From Fonticula alba ATCC 38817 (Eukaryota > Protista > Nucleariida): a stretch of 64,000 nucleotides of DNA. A model generated the notes under the pieces. The model saw only the letters and a list, made by a program, of their open reading frames with translations, was not told where the DNA came from and searched no databases. Location of the stretch: assembly GCA_000388065.2 (NCBI GenBank), contig KB932204.1; one strand, written 5' to 3'. Below are positions 21,000-33,165 of the stretch, piece by piece. A program made the position numbers and the translations under genes. Numbering within the stretch: the stretch's first letter is position 1; the number at the start of each line of letters is the position of its first letter.

Positions 21000-23900
21000 G
21001 ATTTCTTCGGGCAGCCGGGGTCAGTCGGGCGCCGGGGCCAAGAGGCAAGGGGGGNNNNNNNNNNNNNNNNNNNNGGCGGCAGGAGAGGCACACACGGATG
21101 CAGGGGGCAAAAGAGGCTGCAGCTGGTGGGGCGGACAAGGGTTGGGCGAGGGGGCGGAAGGCCAGATGGCCGAAGCAAATCGAAAGTGAGCACTTACCAA
21201 GTCTCTCGCGGATGGCTCAGGCCTTCGATCACAAGGCACGAGCAAAAGTCCAAGACGAGAGGCGCCAAGGCCTTGGGCGACGCGGCGGCAATGGCAGGAG
21301 TGCGTCTCCAAGAAGGCGAGAACGTGTCGGGCAGTCTGAGGGAGTGCGGGGCGCGAGAAAAGCCGAGGCCAGCTGGGCTATTGGTGATACACAAAGAGAG
21401 GGAGCGGCGGAAGGGAAAGGAGGGCGGGGGGGGGGGGACTACGGCCGACGAAGCGGGCGCTTTGGAGGGAAGGGTGACTTGAAGCCCCGCCAGCCGGCTG
21501 GGCGAGCGCCTTGGTACCATCATTTATAGTGGCCACTCTTTCGGGAGCGCGATGGCTCGAGGTGCCCCGCCCAGCCTCGGCATGCCAGGCAGAACTCCCT
21601 TGCGATTCCGGCGGGATGGAGTGGCTCGCCGAATCTTCCTCCGGGGCTAGGTTGCCTGCAGGGCCCCGTGCCTTGCTGCAGGGCCATGGGCCAGGACCGC
21701 GGCCGGTGGCAGCCCCATGATGCCGGTTGTGGCCCCTGCCATCGGCATGCTCCTGGATGTCGAGACCCGGGAGGGGCCTCAGTCAGGAAGAGTGCGCGAA
21801 GTCCATTACCCATTTTGAGCACAATCTACATGCCGGAGGAGGGCGAGGGGGGGGGGGGGGGGCAGGAGGGGCGAGAGCGAGTGACCTGCACACCGGCATC
21901 ACCTCTCTCAACACACTTGTGGCAACGCCAATCCCCCGCCGGGCGCGCTGGTTGGGAGGGGCCTTGTCGACACAGCGACTGGAGACCCCAGCGGCTGGTG
22001 TGTTAACGCGGGTCGCCCGGCGGCCACCGTTGCTGGGGAGGGGTGCACGTTCGCACTCAGGCCTACACGCGAGCGCACAGGATCCCCTCCCCTCCCCTCC
22101 CCCCTCCACACACACACACACACACACAGACAGACACAGACACAGACACTCACACCCAAAGTCAGCGAGGGGGCGTCCTATGCGTGAGCCCGAGAACCCC
22201 GAGGCCAATGTTACGCGCGGGGCCCCGGCGCCTGGTAGGGCATGCAAATAAATAAAAAAGGGCATTATTGTCCGGCGCACCGCTCCTGTCTGAACACCTT
22301 CGGCTGACGAAGGGTCACTGGCCGCCCTGGCACGCATCATAATGTCAAATGAGGGCGCCAAAACGCGGGCCTCTTTGGGCCGCACGGTGTCGAGGCTGCC
22401 TACTGCCCGACCCGAGCGGGGGGATTCCACCCGATTGAGGGAGACCTCCCCCGGCAGGGGACTGGCATCAGCGAGGGGCCTCGGCAAGGGGCTCGGCCGC
22501 GCGCGACCGGCTGATCGATGGGCACCGCCGTACAGTCGGTGCACGAGGAGGAGGGGGGGGGGGGGAGGGGGGCCCAAGCAGGTCTTGCCCAAGGCCGCGG
22601 CTGTAGGTGCAAAATGAGTCTGACCTAATGTGCCCCACAATTCGGGGTGTTTCGTTTCGGACCATCGCGGCGCGCGTCGTTCGGGGGCCCTTGTGGGCTA
22701 CTCTCCGGCCGTGGGCAGCCCCGTCGGCCCTGCTGCCTGCCTCTGGCCCCTTTCTCCCCTGGGAGGACCCGGCCCAGGGTCCAGGGTGGGGGCACCCGAG
22801 CCGGAGCTCCACATTCCGACCCATTGGGCCGGGCCCCGGGGTTAGTCGGACATCTTGGCTCGGGTCCGCCTCGGCTGTGTCGACCTGCCTCGCCCTCTCG
22901 CGGTCCTTCCCCCACTCCTGCCCGGCTTCATGCCCCGGAGCACGGCGGCCTCGACAGCGGAACCCGGCCCGAGGCCGTGCGGCATGGTGGTCGTTCGCGC
23001 GCGGCAGAGTCCAGGGCTGAACATCCTCTAAACCTGCCCCCCGTCCTCCGGGCCCATTGAAGGGGGCCCTTTCCCAAGTACAAGCCGCAAGACAAGGGGG
23101 GGGGGGGGGCGGCACAGAAAGGGACCAATGCTCACGGTGACTATTTGGCCGGCTGCTCGGGGCAAAGACCAGCAGCACCGGGTGCCAGGGGGAGGGCGAG
23201 GGGCGAGACGCCTAGTCCGGTCATTCTGGCCTTGCGTAACGGAAAACAGCAAGAGCCTCGACGCCTTCCATTGTGAGGGGGGTCCGGGGCAGGAAGAAGG
23301 AGGCCCAGGCAAGGTGGCCATGGTGGCCCCAATGGGGCAGTCTGTTGTCTGGATTAATTCCCACTCGTTCGCAGAAGAGGGGGGGCCGATGATGATGATA
23401 CGGCCGGCTTATCGATGCCCCTGCCGTGTCGCAGTTGGCCAGACGCCCCCCCCTCCCCCCCACTTCTCTTCCCTCAGGCCGAGGACAGAGAGCTGGCGAT
23501 CCTCCATGCACGAGGCGCCCCCCCCCCACACACACACACACACGGCCCGACTGGGGGCCACCCAGGTACTTGAGGGGGTCCACGATCATATCCTCCGCTG
23601 CCCCCCGTTTCCTCCGGCGCGAGTGGGCCAATGGCTTTTCGGTGTGCCATGCCTGACTTTGATGAGTGGGGGGGTACATTCGCGACTTGGCTCTGCCTGG
23701 GCGCCAGCCGGAGGCTCGGAAAAGAGGGGCCCGTCCACGCCAGGGCGGACATGGCCCTGGTTCAGGGTTGGGCTGCCCCGCGAGCGAGCGGTCACATTGA
23801 GCCGCCGGTGTGTGCGCGCCTTTCCGCCCACCCGCCAATGAACGAGTTGTGCCCAAGCCGCCCGGAAACCCACGCCCCCTGGCACACGAAGAGTGTGTCG

Positions 23901-26767
23901 CGAGCCCGAGTACGTGGGGCTGCTGGAAGACGAGACGAAAGTTACCCCGCGAGCTACGACCCTTTCTCAGGGCCACACAACAGTCTCCTCGCTCCGGGCC
24001 CTGTCCCAAGCGCTGTTGGGCAAGGTGCCCGGGGCACATGCAGCGTTATGCAATTCAGCGAAGTTGGGCCTGTTTGCTCACGCGTGCCCTTCACGAAGGT
24101 AGCAATGGCCACGAGCCAGGACCTTGGAAGTTCCATACTTCCGGTACCCCAAGGGGCCGCCGTGTGGGTGGTTGGCCGGAGGGGCCCCATTCCCCGAGCC
24201 GGGCCGGATGTGGGCGTGAGGAGGGACACAAATAGACACATGGCGCCCGGTCCGAGGTGGCTTTCCCCCACAATCGAGAGGTGCTCGCTCGAGTGAGGGC
24301 GTCGGCCTGCGCGGTGGAGTCGAGCTGCATGGACAACCACACAGACGGGCCGTGGGGAAATGTGCGGGGTGAAGGGGGCTGGGGATGAGCAAGGGTTGAA
24401 GGGTGCCCCAGCCCCAGGCGCCCTGTGGTGCGTGGGCGTGTTTGCAGGCACACGCGCCAGCACGCCCAAGCACGCTCAAGCACGCTGGCACGCGCGCCCA
24501 GGCGCCTTCAGGCAGGCAGACAATCTACACACATACACACCGACAGACAGACGGACACAAGGTGGGCCCGTGGGGCAAGGGACCCTTGAGAGGGGGTGCG
24601 CGTGCATGAACTGCTAGACCCCTTCATGCTCGGACCCGGTCCTGCTGGACCGCGCCACCAGGCCCTCTGACCCCGTGGCGGCGTCGGCGACCATTCGGCC
24701 AAAGCCCGGGCCCCTGGCCGACTCCGCTCCCTGGCTCCGCGTTGCCCCACGCTCCTGCCCCCGAGGGCCACAGGGGGCAAGGTCCTGGGAGGGTCCGGTA
24801 AAATGCCGGCGTGAAAGGCGCACAGGTCCTGCCCCCTGTTCCCCCCCCCCTCCCCGCCCTCTCCCCGTCCTCTCCCCCGCGGAGTGAGAGCACGCGAGAC
24901 CCCCCTCGGCCGAGGCCGGCCACTCTTGGGCCGATACTGGACGCGCTCAGGCGGGTGGCACAATTGTGCCAGTCGGGGCCAATGGATGGGAGTTGGCAGA
25001 GCAATAATCCCAAACGAGCGGGGCCGCCGAGCAGCAAGAGAAAGAGAGGGCCGATACCTAGGGGCCTGCCTTTTTTTCAGTCACAAATCTTCATGGCGCG
25101 GGGGTCTTCTTTGCTAGGCCCGCCCGGTCGGACGAGGATCGCTTGCTTTTTTCAAGGCTGATAGTATGCGCGAGGCGGGGAGGCACGCCGACTGGGACAG
25201 GCGCATGTTGCAGGGCCGCGGGAAAGATAGAAAAGCGCGAACCAGCTGGCGACCTGGTTCCTCAAGAAGGTGTCACTCCCCTGTCCGGGAGGCGTCAATA
25301 ACGCTGGAAGCAACATTTCACAGTGGCCAGTCGATTGCATTCAGTCCCCCCGCCGCCGCTCCCTCTGGCGCCCGAGACAACACCCTCTGTGCCTCTGGGC
25401 TCGACACATAAGGGGCCCCCGGCGCTGGCAGGATATAGAGCGTCCAGACCGGCGTTTTGGCGCCCGACGACACATAATGACTGTGGAGGAGCTATGCGGT
25501 CCTGCCGACCGCGAACGCACCGCTGCCGTGGCAGCAGAGGCATCCGCTCGAGCTCCCTTTCGGTCAGACACCCAGCGGCCGGGGTGACNNNNNNNNNNNN
25601 NNNNNNNNNNNNNNNNNNNNNNNNGGGGGGGGCGCCCGAGCAGGACATCGTCGGCCTGCCACGGGGCCTCCGCCCGGTGGAGCATGGCCCGGCGCCGCCC
25701 TATCGATCGGGCAACCGCTCGGGCACGGCTGACCAGATGTGGCCTGCTGCTGGTGCTGACGTGGGTGTTACCTTTGCCCGCGCCGCCCGGCCCTCGGCCA
25801 CCCCTTCCTACGGTGCTTCGTTTGTGGGGAGCGAGCGAGGCGGGAAGAAAGCCACTGCCCTGCTCCTCGGACAAGGTGGCACCACACCGCCCAAGCTCCC
25901 ACCATTTTGGGACTTTTCTGCACGCCTGCCCATTGTGGGGTCAAAACACACGGCTCACGAGGGCACAGGTGCAGGCTCACTCGCGGCGACACGCCGAAAC
26001 ACACAAACAATCGTAATGCCCGGCAGGGCACATCTTCAGACGTCGTGTAACGTGCCTTGGTCCTTCCCATGTCACCTGGCTCTTGCTCGTCCGTTGTTGA
26101 CTGATCGCACGCTCGCCTCGCTCATGTTCCTCCTGCGGGGAGGGGCTCCATGGACTGGGCCACATCCCACCTCAGGAGGTTGATATCAGCCCTGTTGCGC
26201 CACCAGGGCCGCGCGGTCGCGCACACGCATGCCCTGGGAAGCCTCACCTCTAGCAAGCTGAGATCGCTTCCTCGGTGGGCCTGGGCGAGCGAAAGGCAGC
26301 TGGATCATGACAAAGAGGTGCTACTCCCTCGCCGCCGCCCCCTCCCCCGCCCCCTCCCCCGGTGTGAAGGCCCCACAGGTGGCGGAACAGGGACATCGTG
26401 ATAACGCGAGACCCAGACATCCCCGGGCACAATTTTCCACTTTCCACCTTTTCTCAGGAAACGCCCGGACACGCATTTACCCAATGAGTAGGGACCCCAT
26501 CTAAGGCGCGACGGGGCGGGGGGCCTGCGCAGGCAAGAGAGGGACCCTTGTCCCCCGTATCTCTCAAGTAACTAACCATATAAGACTCTATGTGAGAGAT
26601 GTACATGTCTGACTGCGGTGACAGGGGGCCCCTGTACAGGGGGGCCCCGTCCGCGGACACCGCCAGGATCATGTCCCCCTGCCCTTGCTCCCTCCCCCTC
26701 CCCAGCCCCTCCTCCTCTCCCTCCGCACAAATACAGACACACACAGACAAAGACACACACAGACAAA

Positions 26768-26768
<1 letters not shown>

Positions 26769-26820
<52 letters not shown>

Positions 26821-26835
26821 GCGCGCGCGCGCGCG
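26769..26835. repeat. Compound (AC)n-(GC)n alternating purine-pyrimidine microsatellite, ~67 bp
   Basis: Seen directly. Shorter versions occur at ~7874-7919 (TOR intron), ~34293-34322 and ~47204-47238. Confidence 0.85.
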
Positions 26836-27543
26836 GACAGACACCGTGTACCAGAACGCCCCAGGGACGGAGGGCCCGCACGAACGACCGACCCTCTGAA
26901 GAAGAGCCCCACCTGTCGCGAGCGGCAGTGAAAGTTGCCCCACGCCAGCCCGCCCACGCCATGAGACCCTTCGCCCCCATGGGCTGGAGAGAAAAAGACT
27001 CGGCGGGGCCTGAGAACATTTTAACACCCAAGAAACACACTCACGACTGGAGAGAGAAAGAGAGAGAGACAGAAAGGGAGAGCCCCCAAGCCCAAAGTGC
27101 CACATATTCAGTTGTGGGTTATGACTGGGCGCGTGATTGGATCGCGTGACTTGGGGTAGTAGAACCATTGCCCAGAACATGGCCCTCAAGAGGGGGCAGA
27201 ACACCAAGGCTGATGCAATATGAAATCTATATTGGTGTCTTGTGGGGGGGGTGAAGGCCCCAAATCGGAAGGAGGAAGAAGAGGAAGAGGAGAACCCTCG
27301 CCAATGCCACAGAGCACCACATGAGGCCTGTGGGAATGGCAAGAGAGGGGGCATACAAGCTACACACACACACACACACACACACAGTCCCTGCTCCGGG
27401 CACAAGATGAGGAGTACCCCCCACCAACGAGGCAGACGTGCTCGGCAACCTGTGACATGGCCATGCCGACGTGCAAACAACATCGCTACACCAATTGGCC
27501 AGCAGTGGCAGCAGTGGTCTCACAGGGATAGGCGCGGCCTCTC

Positions 27544-30500
27544 CTACTCGCGAGGCGAGCGGGGCTGCGCGTTGCCGCGGGCCCGCTTGGTACTGCCAGG
27601 CTTGCTGGTGATGGTGGCGGATGCCGGGGATGCGCGCTTCACTGGCGACGCAGGGAGCTTCACCGGCAACGAGGCCGTAGCAGCGGCTGGGGCATCAGTG
27701 TCCCGGCTGCCCGCAGCAGTGACCGTCACCACCGGGCTCAGGCCAAAGACCAACTTTTGCTGAACCATACGCTGGGGAGACCCGGCATCAGTGCCACCCG
27801 ACGGCGCAGACCCGCCGGCAGCCGAGCGCGAAGGCGTCGATGGGGCCGACGACCCGGGCACCCGGGGCAGCGTCACCGTCAGCGAGGGAGCCCGGCCGGC
27901 GGCAGTCGAGCTGGACTCCCCGCCAACCGACCGGCCAACCACCAGTGTTGTCTGGATGGGGCCGCCGCCGGCTGCGGTGGTCGACGCCGCCGCCGCCGCC
28001 GCCGCCACGCCACGTCGAGCGGAGGAGGCGCGCGCCGCGCGAGACGCCCGCGCCGCACGCGCTGGAGATCCGGGAGCCGCCGCCGCCGCCGCCGACGCTG
28101 CCGTCGTGGAGGCCTTGGCCTTTGCCAGGTCCTTGGCCTTGGCGATCTTCGCCTTGGCAGCCTCCTTGGCCTTGAGCTCACGCGCCTTGGCAACCTCCTT
28201 GGCCTTCTGCTGACGCGCCTTGGCAGCCTCCTTGGCCTTGCGCTCGCGCTCCTTCTGCAATTTGGCCTTCGCCGCCTCCTTGGCCTTGGCCTCCTTGGCC
28301 TTGGCGGCCTCGCGGGCCTTCTGCTCGCGTGCGCGAACCGCCTCACGCGCGGCCTTCTCCTTGGCCGCCTTGGCGGCCTTGGCCGTGCGTTCCTTGGCTT
28401 GGGTCTCGGCAGCGGCCTCGCGACGCCGGGCCGCCGCAGCCTTGGCCCGCTCAGCTCGAGCGGCGATGGCCGCCAGCTCCCGGGCGATGGCCTCACGCGC
28501 GGCCCCGCGCGAGGAAGCTGCCGCCCGCTCATGCAGAGCCCACACGGCTACCAGGTCCGGTGCCGACAGGCCAGACAGAACCACACCCAGAGTCCCGGCA
28601 TTGCCGAAGTTTGGAGCTCCAGCCGCGAAAGCACTGGTGGCAGCCGCGGCCACGGCCGCTCGCGCACCAGCCCGACTCAGCGACACCGGGATGGCCGGCA
28701 GGGGGGGAGCTGCCGCGGCCAAATCCCGGCGGACGATGTTTCGCAATAGACGACCAGCCTCTCGCCGGGCCGGGCACACTAGCCCACGCACCGGCAGCCG
28801 ACGCAACGCCCGCCGGGTGTAGAGATCCCCACCACCCGGGGTTTGGCCATAGCCAAGCATGCTCCGCGTCAGGGGATCAGCCGGGGCCGGGGCCAGGTCA
28901 ACTTGGCCCATGCCAGCGCGCGACCCCCAACCCGGCCAGGTGGCGTCTTCGTCGAGCTCGCGACGCCGGAGCTCGGCGGCGGCGGCCTCGGCCTCGCGCG
29001 CCGCTGTGGCGGCCGCCTCGGCCGCCGCCGCTCGAGCCGCCGCGGAGTACGCCTCCACGGCGGCCTGGCGCTCGCGGATGGACGCCAAACGGGCAGAGCG
29101 CTTGACTTCCACAAAGCCGACCACCTCGCCGGAGGCCGAGTGCGCCACCGACATCGCAGTGCCCGATCCGAGCCCGGCCACGGTCTCGGTGCTGTCCCGC
29201 GCCACGCGGGCCAGCACCCGCTCCCGGTTCTCCAGGCTGTTGACAATCGCGGCGAACAGCGGCGACTCAAATACCCGATCCAGCGCCGGGCGCAACTTGT
29301 CGGCCGACACGTACGGCACCGCGGCCTGGAGGAGGGCCGCATCCTCGTCGTCGCCCTCCGACTCATCACTGTCATCATCGTCGTCATCCTCATTCTCATC
29401 GTCATCCTCACCCTCGGCATCCTCATCGTCATCGGTGTCGGCCTCCGGGGCGTCATGGCCATCATCGTCCGACTGGGCCGCGGCATCAGTTCCCTCCTCG
29501 TCGGAGGCCACCTCGGCATCCGACCCATCGGCATCGGCCTCGGCATCCGAGTCATCGGACCCGGACTCATCGCCGTCCTCGCTGCCCTCCTCGTCGGAGT
29601 CATCCTCCTCGTCGGCTGAGACCGGGCAAATGAGCGACGGCAGGGCCACAAAGGCGTCCCGATCCAAGGCCACTGGCTCCCAAGTCTCGGAGCAGGGCTC
29701 CGCCGGCCAGGAGGTGAAGACATCGCGCGATGTGGACCGGATCGTGCGGTCCCCGGGTGCGGTGGTCATAGGAGCCTCCAGCAAAGGCGGGGGCTGGCCA
29801 TAAGAGTGCCGGAATACGCGAGTGTCTGTTCAGGGAGATTGGGTGAGTACCAGAGAGGGAGAGAGAGAGGGGCGGAGGGGACAGGCCGAAGACAGGGGAA
29901 ATCAAAGAGGAGACAGCGAGGAGAGGGGGGGGGAAGGGGACCACAGAAACACACCATCAAACATGTAATACGAGTTCCAGTCGCTGTCAACGGCAAAAGG
30001 CTCGATGCGCTGTGTCCCGGTAAGTAACGGTCCATGCCATCGAGGGGAGGAGAGCCATGCCGGCATGTGTGCCGGAGATGAATGGACGTACCCAATCCGG
30101 CTCATCGTCCAAATTCGGTGCCAGGTCGACATTGGAGGAGGAAGTGGACGCGTGCGACGCAATGGCCGTTGTGATGGCGGACGCCCGTGTGCGTAGATAG
30201 TCGGGCCGGGTCAGCTGCGCCTCACATAGGGCGTGGAAGATGGCCAACTGCATTGCGACGCAAATGCACGAGGGGAGGGAATGGTCAGGGCAAGGGGCCG
30301 GTCAGAGAAAGACACCCGAGGGCAAGAACGCACGCGCTCAAGTGGCTCCAGGCTCCAGAGGCCCTTCCCACAGCCAGGAGACGAGTTTAGCACGTCATTC
30401 CGAGACTCGGCGGTGAAATCCTTAAAGGACGCCTCCAGCAGGTTGGCCAGGTCCAAAGCATGCGGCCGGCCGGTGGACAGATTGATACTCGCGGCCTCGG

Positions 30501-31051
30501 CAATGCACGCCTCCTGCTCTTGGCCGAAGAGCTCCAGCGAGGCATGAAGCGCAGCCTGCCAAATGGGGACATGCTCCGGATAGCGATCCGGCAATCTGAG
30601 GGGGATAGATCGGCGGATTCCGGGAGGACGGGCAAAGGGGGGAGGGGGGAGGTGAGGATTTCCGGCGAAGGGCAAAGACCGAAGCCGGCAAAATGACAGA
30701 CGTACGCAAACCGTCCAGGAATGGCCGACCCCGGGAAGAGGGGAGGGCGCGGCAGGTGGCGCAAGAGACGCTGCGCCGCAATGCGAAGAGCCACACTGGG
30801 CGAGGAACCAGCCGGCTTGGAAAGCTCACGCTCAAGGGCCTAAGAGAGTGGGGCGGGGCGGGGCGGCGTTGAGGTGGAGGTGGGGGGGGTAAGTGACCGT
30901 GGGTCTGGAGCTGACGAGGGGGCGGGGCATCGGGGATGTCATACCTCAGTGGCGATCTCCGGCACGCCGAGGCCCAAGCCGAAGAGGCTTAGGAATTGAC
31001 TTACGGCGGAAAAGCGCCAGTCATTACGCAGGAGGGTGATTGTGTCTGCGT
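27544..31051 (-). CDS. DDT/WHIM-domain chromatin-remodelling accessory subunit (CECR2/RSF1/Ioc3-like ISWI partner) with an acidic tract and a Lys/Ala-rich tail. Exons 31051-30945, 30839-30712, 30595-30394, 30247-30092, 30009-29955, 29825-27544. The 5' end is lost in the N-gap
   Basis: The spliced translation gives a DDT-like segment LLRNDWRFSAVSQFLSLFGLGLGVPEIATE|ALERELS, a WHIM1-like LAIFHALCEAQL, a WHIM2-like W|RIEPFAVDSDWNSYYMFD|DTRVFR and a WHIM3-like TWEPVAL. The junctions are phase-consistent. The donor at 30393 is the least certain. Motif similarity was judged from memory of the family, not from a search. Confidence 0.72.
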
Positions 31052-33165
31052 CTGAAGGGTGAGTGTCGGAAGGCAGGGAGATGTGCCAACATCGGGGGGG
31101 GGNNNNNNNNNNNNNNNNNNNNNNNNNNNNNNNNNNNNNNNNNNNNNNNNNNNNNNNNNNNNNNNNNNNNNNNNNNNNNNNNNNNNNNNNNNNNNNNNNN
31201 NNNNNNNNNNNNNNNNNNNNNNNNNNNNNNNNNNNNNNNNNNNNNNNNNNNNNNNNNNNNNNNNNNNNNNNNNNNNNNNNNNNNNNNNNNNNNNNNNNNN
31301 NNNNNNNNNNNNNNNNNNNNNNNNNNNNNNNNNNNNNNNNNNNNNNNNNNNNNNNNNNNNNNNNNNCCGATCGGCCGGACACAAAAGACAGGCCCGCTTT
31401 CAGACCTGAAGTCGAGAGGGGCAGATCGAGCTCCGGCCCAGCACAGCGGGGGGGGGAGGGGCGGGGCGGGGGAAGAGCTAAAGCGGCCCCCCACCGCGGG
31501 GAGGGGGGTGCGTCGGGCGGATGCCCGACCACACCGACACACGGGCCGTGCGAGCGCCGCGGTGGTGGTGGTGGTGGCCACGGAGCCTCCCGGCAGCCAA
31601 AGGCAGACTCGCCTCCAGGGGGCGAAGCAGCTAGCCGGAGGGGGAATGGTGTACGCCGGTCGCCCTTGTCGCCTGCGGCCCGGCGCCTGGGGCGAGATGT
31701 CCCGGGGCCGGATCGTTGGCAGCACTCGACTCGTGCGGCCGTTATTGTTCCTGTCCTGCCTGCGAGAAACCACTGGCCAGAATGGCCGAGGTCCGATGTG
31801 TTCAAACCAGTGGCCCGCGCGTGGGGAGGGGCGAGATGCCGCCCAAGGCAGGGGGCGGGGAGCTGGTCAGCGTGGGGAGCGGAGATCGGCACCAGCGGGG
31901 GGGGGGGGGGGGGACAATGAGCAAGCACGGCCACCGGACTTTGCAGGCTCTGACTCTGGGGCCTCACTCCGGCAGTTCGTTAACTGCCTTGGGTTAATGA
32001 TCGGCCACGGAGATGAGGTGCCGTCGGACGGGCGAGACATGCCCCAACCATCGAGTTAGCGGAGGGGCAAACGCTCCAACAGGGGCTCACGCCGGTGGCG
32101 TCACGAGGTGCCCAGTGTGACGGTCCCCGGGGCGGGTTGGTAAATATGCACATTTGGCTGTCCAACCTGCGATGCTGCGGCAAACAAGTTCTCCAGCAGG
32201 CGTGGCACACCTTCCCTCCAATCACGGCCGCACTTTGCAGCGACCTGGTCGGGAACGAAGGGGGGGGGGGAGCGGCACTCTTCCCGGGGCGGGCCGCCTG
32301 GCCCGGATCCTCCCGGGGCGACAGGCATCGTCCTTGACCGGGGGCTGGACCCGGCTGGAGCGGGCCCGGGGTCTTTGCAACACCCGTTGAAGGAGGCTTC
32401 ATGGCACACACGCAAATGGCTGGAGAAGAGTGCTTCCTCTTGTCTCGGGTGGGGGCCCTCTCCCCTCTCGTTCAATCGCGATGGCGATTTCCTGTCTCGC
32501 CCCCTCTGGAGGAGGGGAAGAGAGGAGGCGAGAGGCGCAAGAAAGGAAAAAAACAGGGAATCCCAGGCCCCCGCCCACCCTCCGCCCCCCTTTTGCCCGC
32601 GTCTCCTCCCCCAGCGTCAGCTGCTTGACATTGTGCAACCCCCCCACCCCACCCATACACCCTCTCGCTGGGACATGTGCGCTACGCGCACGCACACGCG
32701 GCAGAGGGACGAGGGGAGACCACCCCCCAAATGAAAGAGATGGAATGGCATGAAAGTGGCCAGCCCAGGAGAGGGCAGTGTGGGGAGCAAAACAAGGGAG
32801 AGAGAGAGAGACAGAGAGCACGCGAAGAGTCACACACACACACACACACAAAGAAAAAAGGGCGGCGGCACGCATGGAGAGAAGGAAGAGGGGGGGTCTC
32901 TCCCCGGCCGCTGCCGCATAGAAAAAGGAGAGGAGGATAAAACGAGGGCGTTTATCAATTGAAGGTGGGCAATCGGACACAAGAGCTGTCTCTCGCTCCC
33001 TCCACAGGACGGAAGGACGGGCAAAACCCCCCCCGCACGGGAAGACAACGGAATGGGGCACACTCGCGCGGCCAGCCGTGGGGTGAGGTAATGGGGGGAG
33101 GGGCGCGCCCTCACTCCGCTGAAAGAGAGAGAGGCGGACACACACGCCGCGCGTCGTGAGTATAT

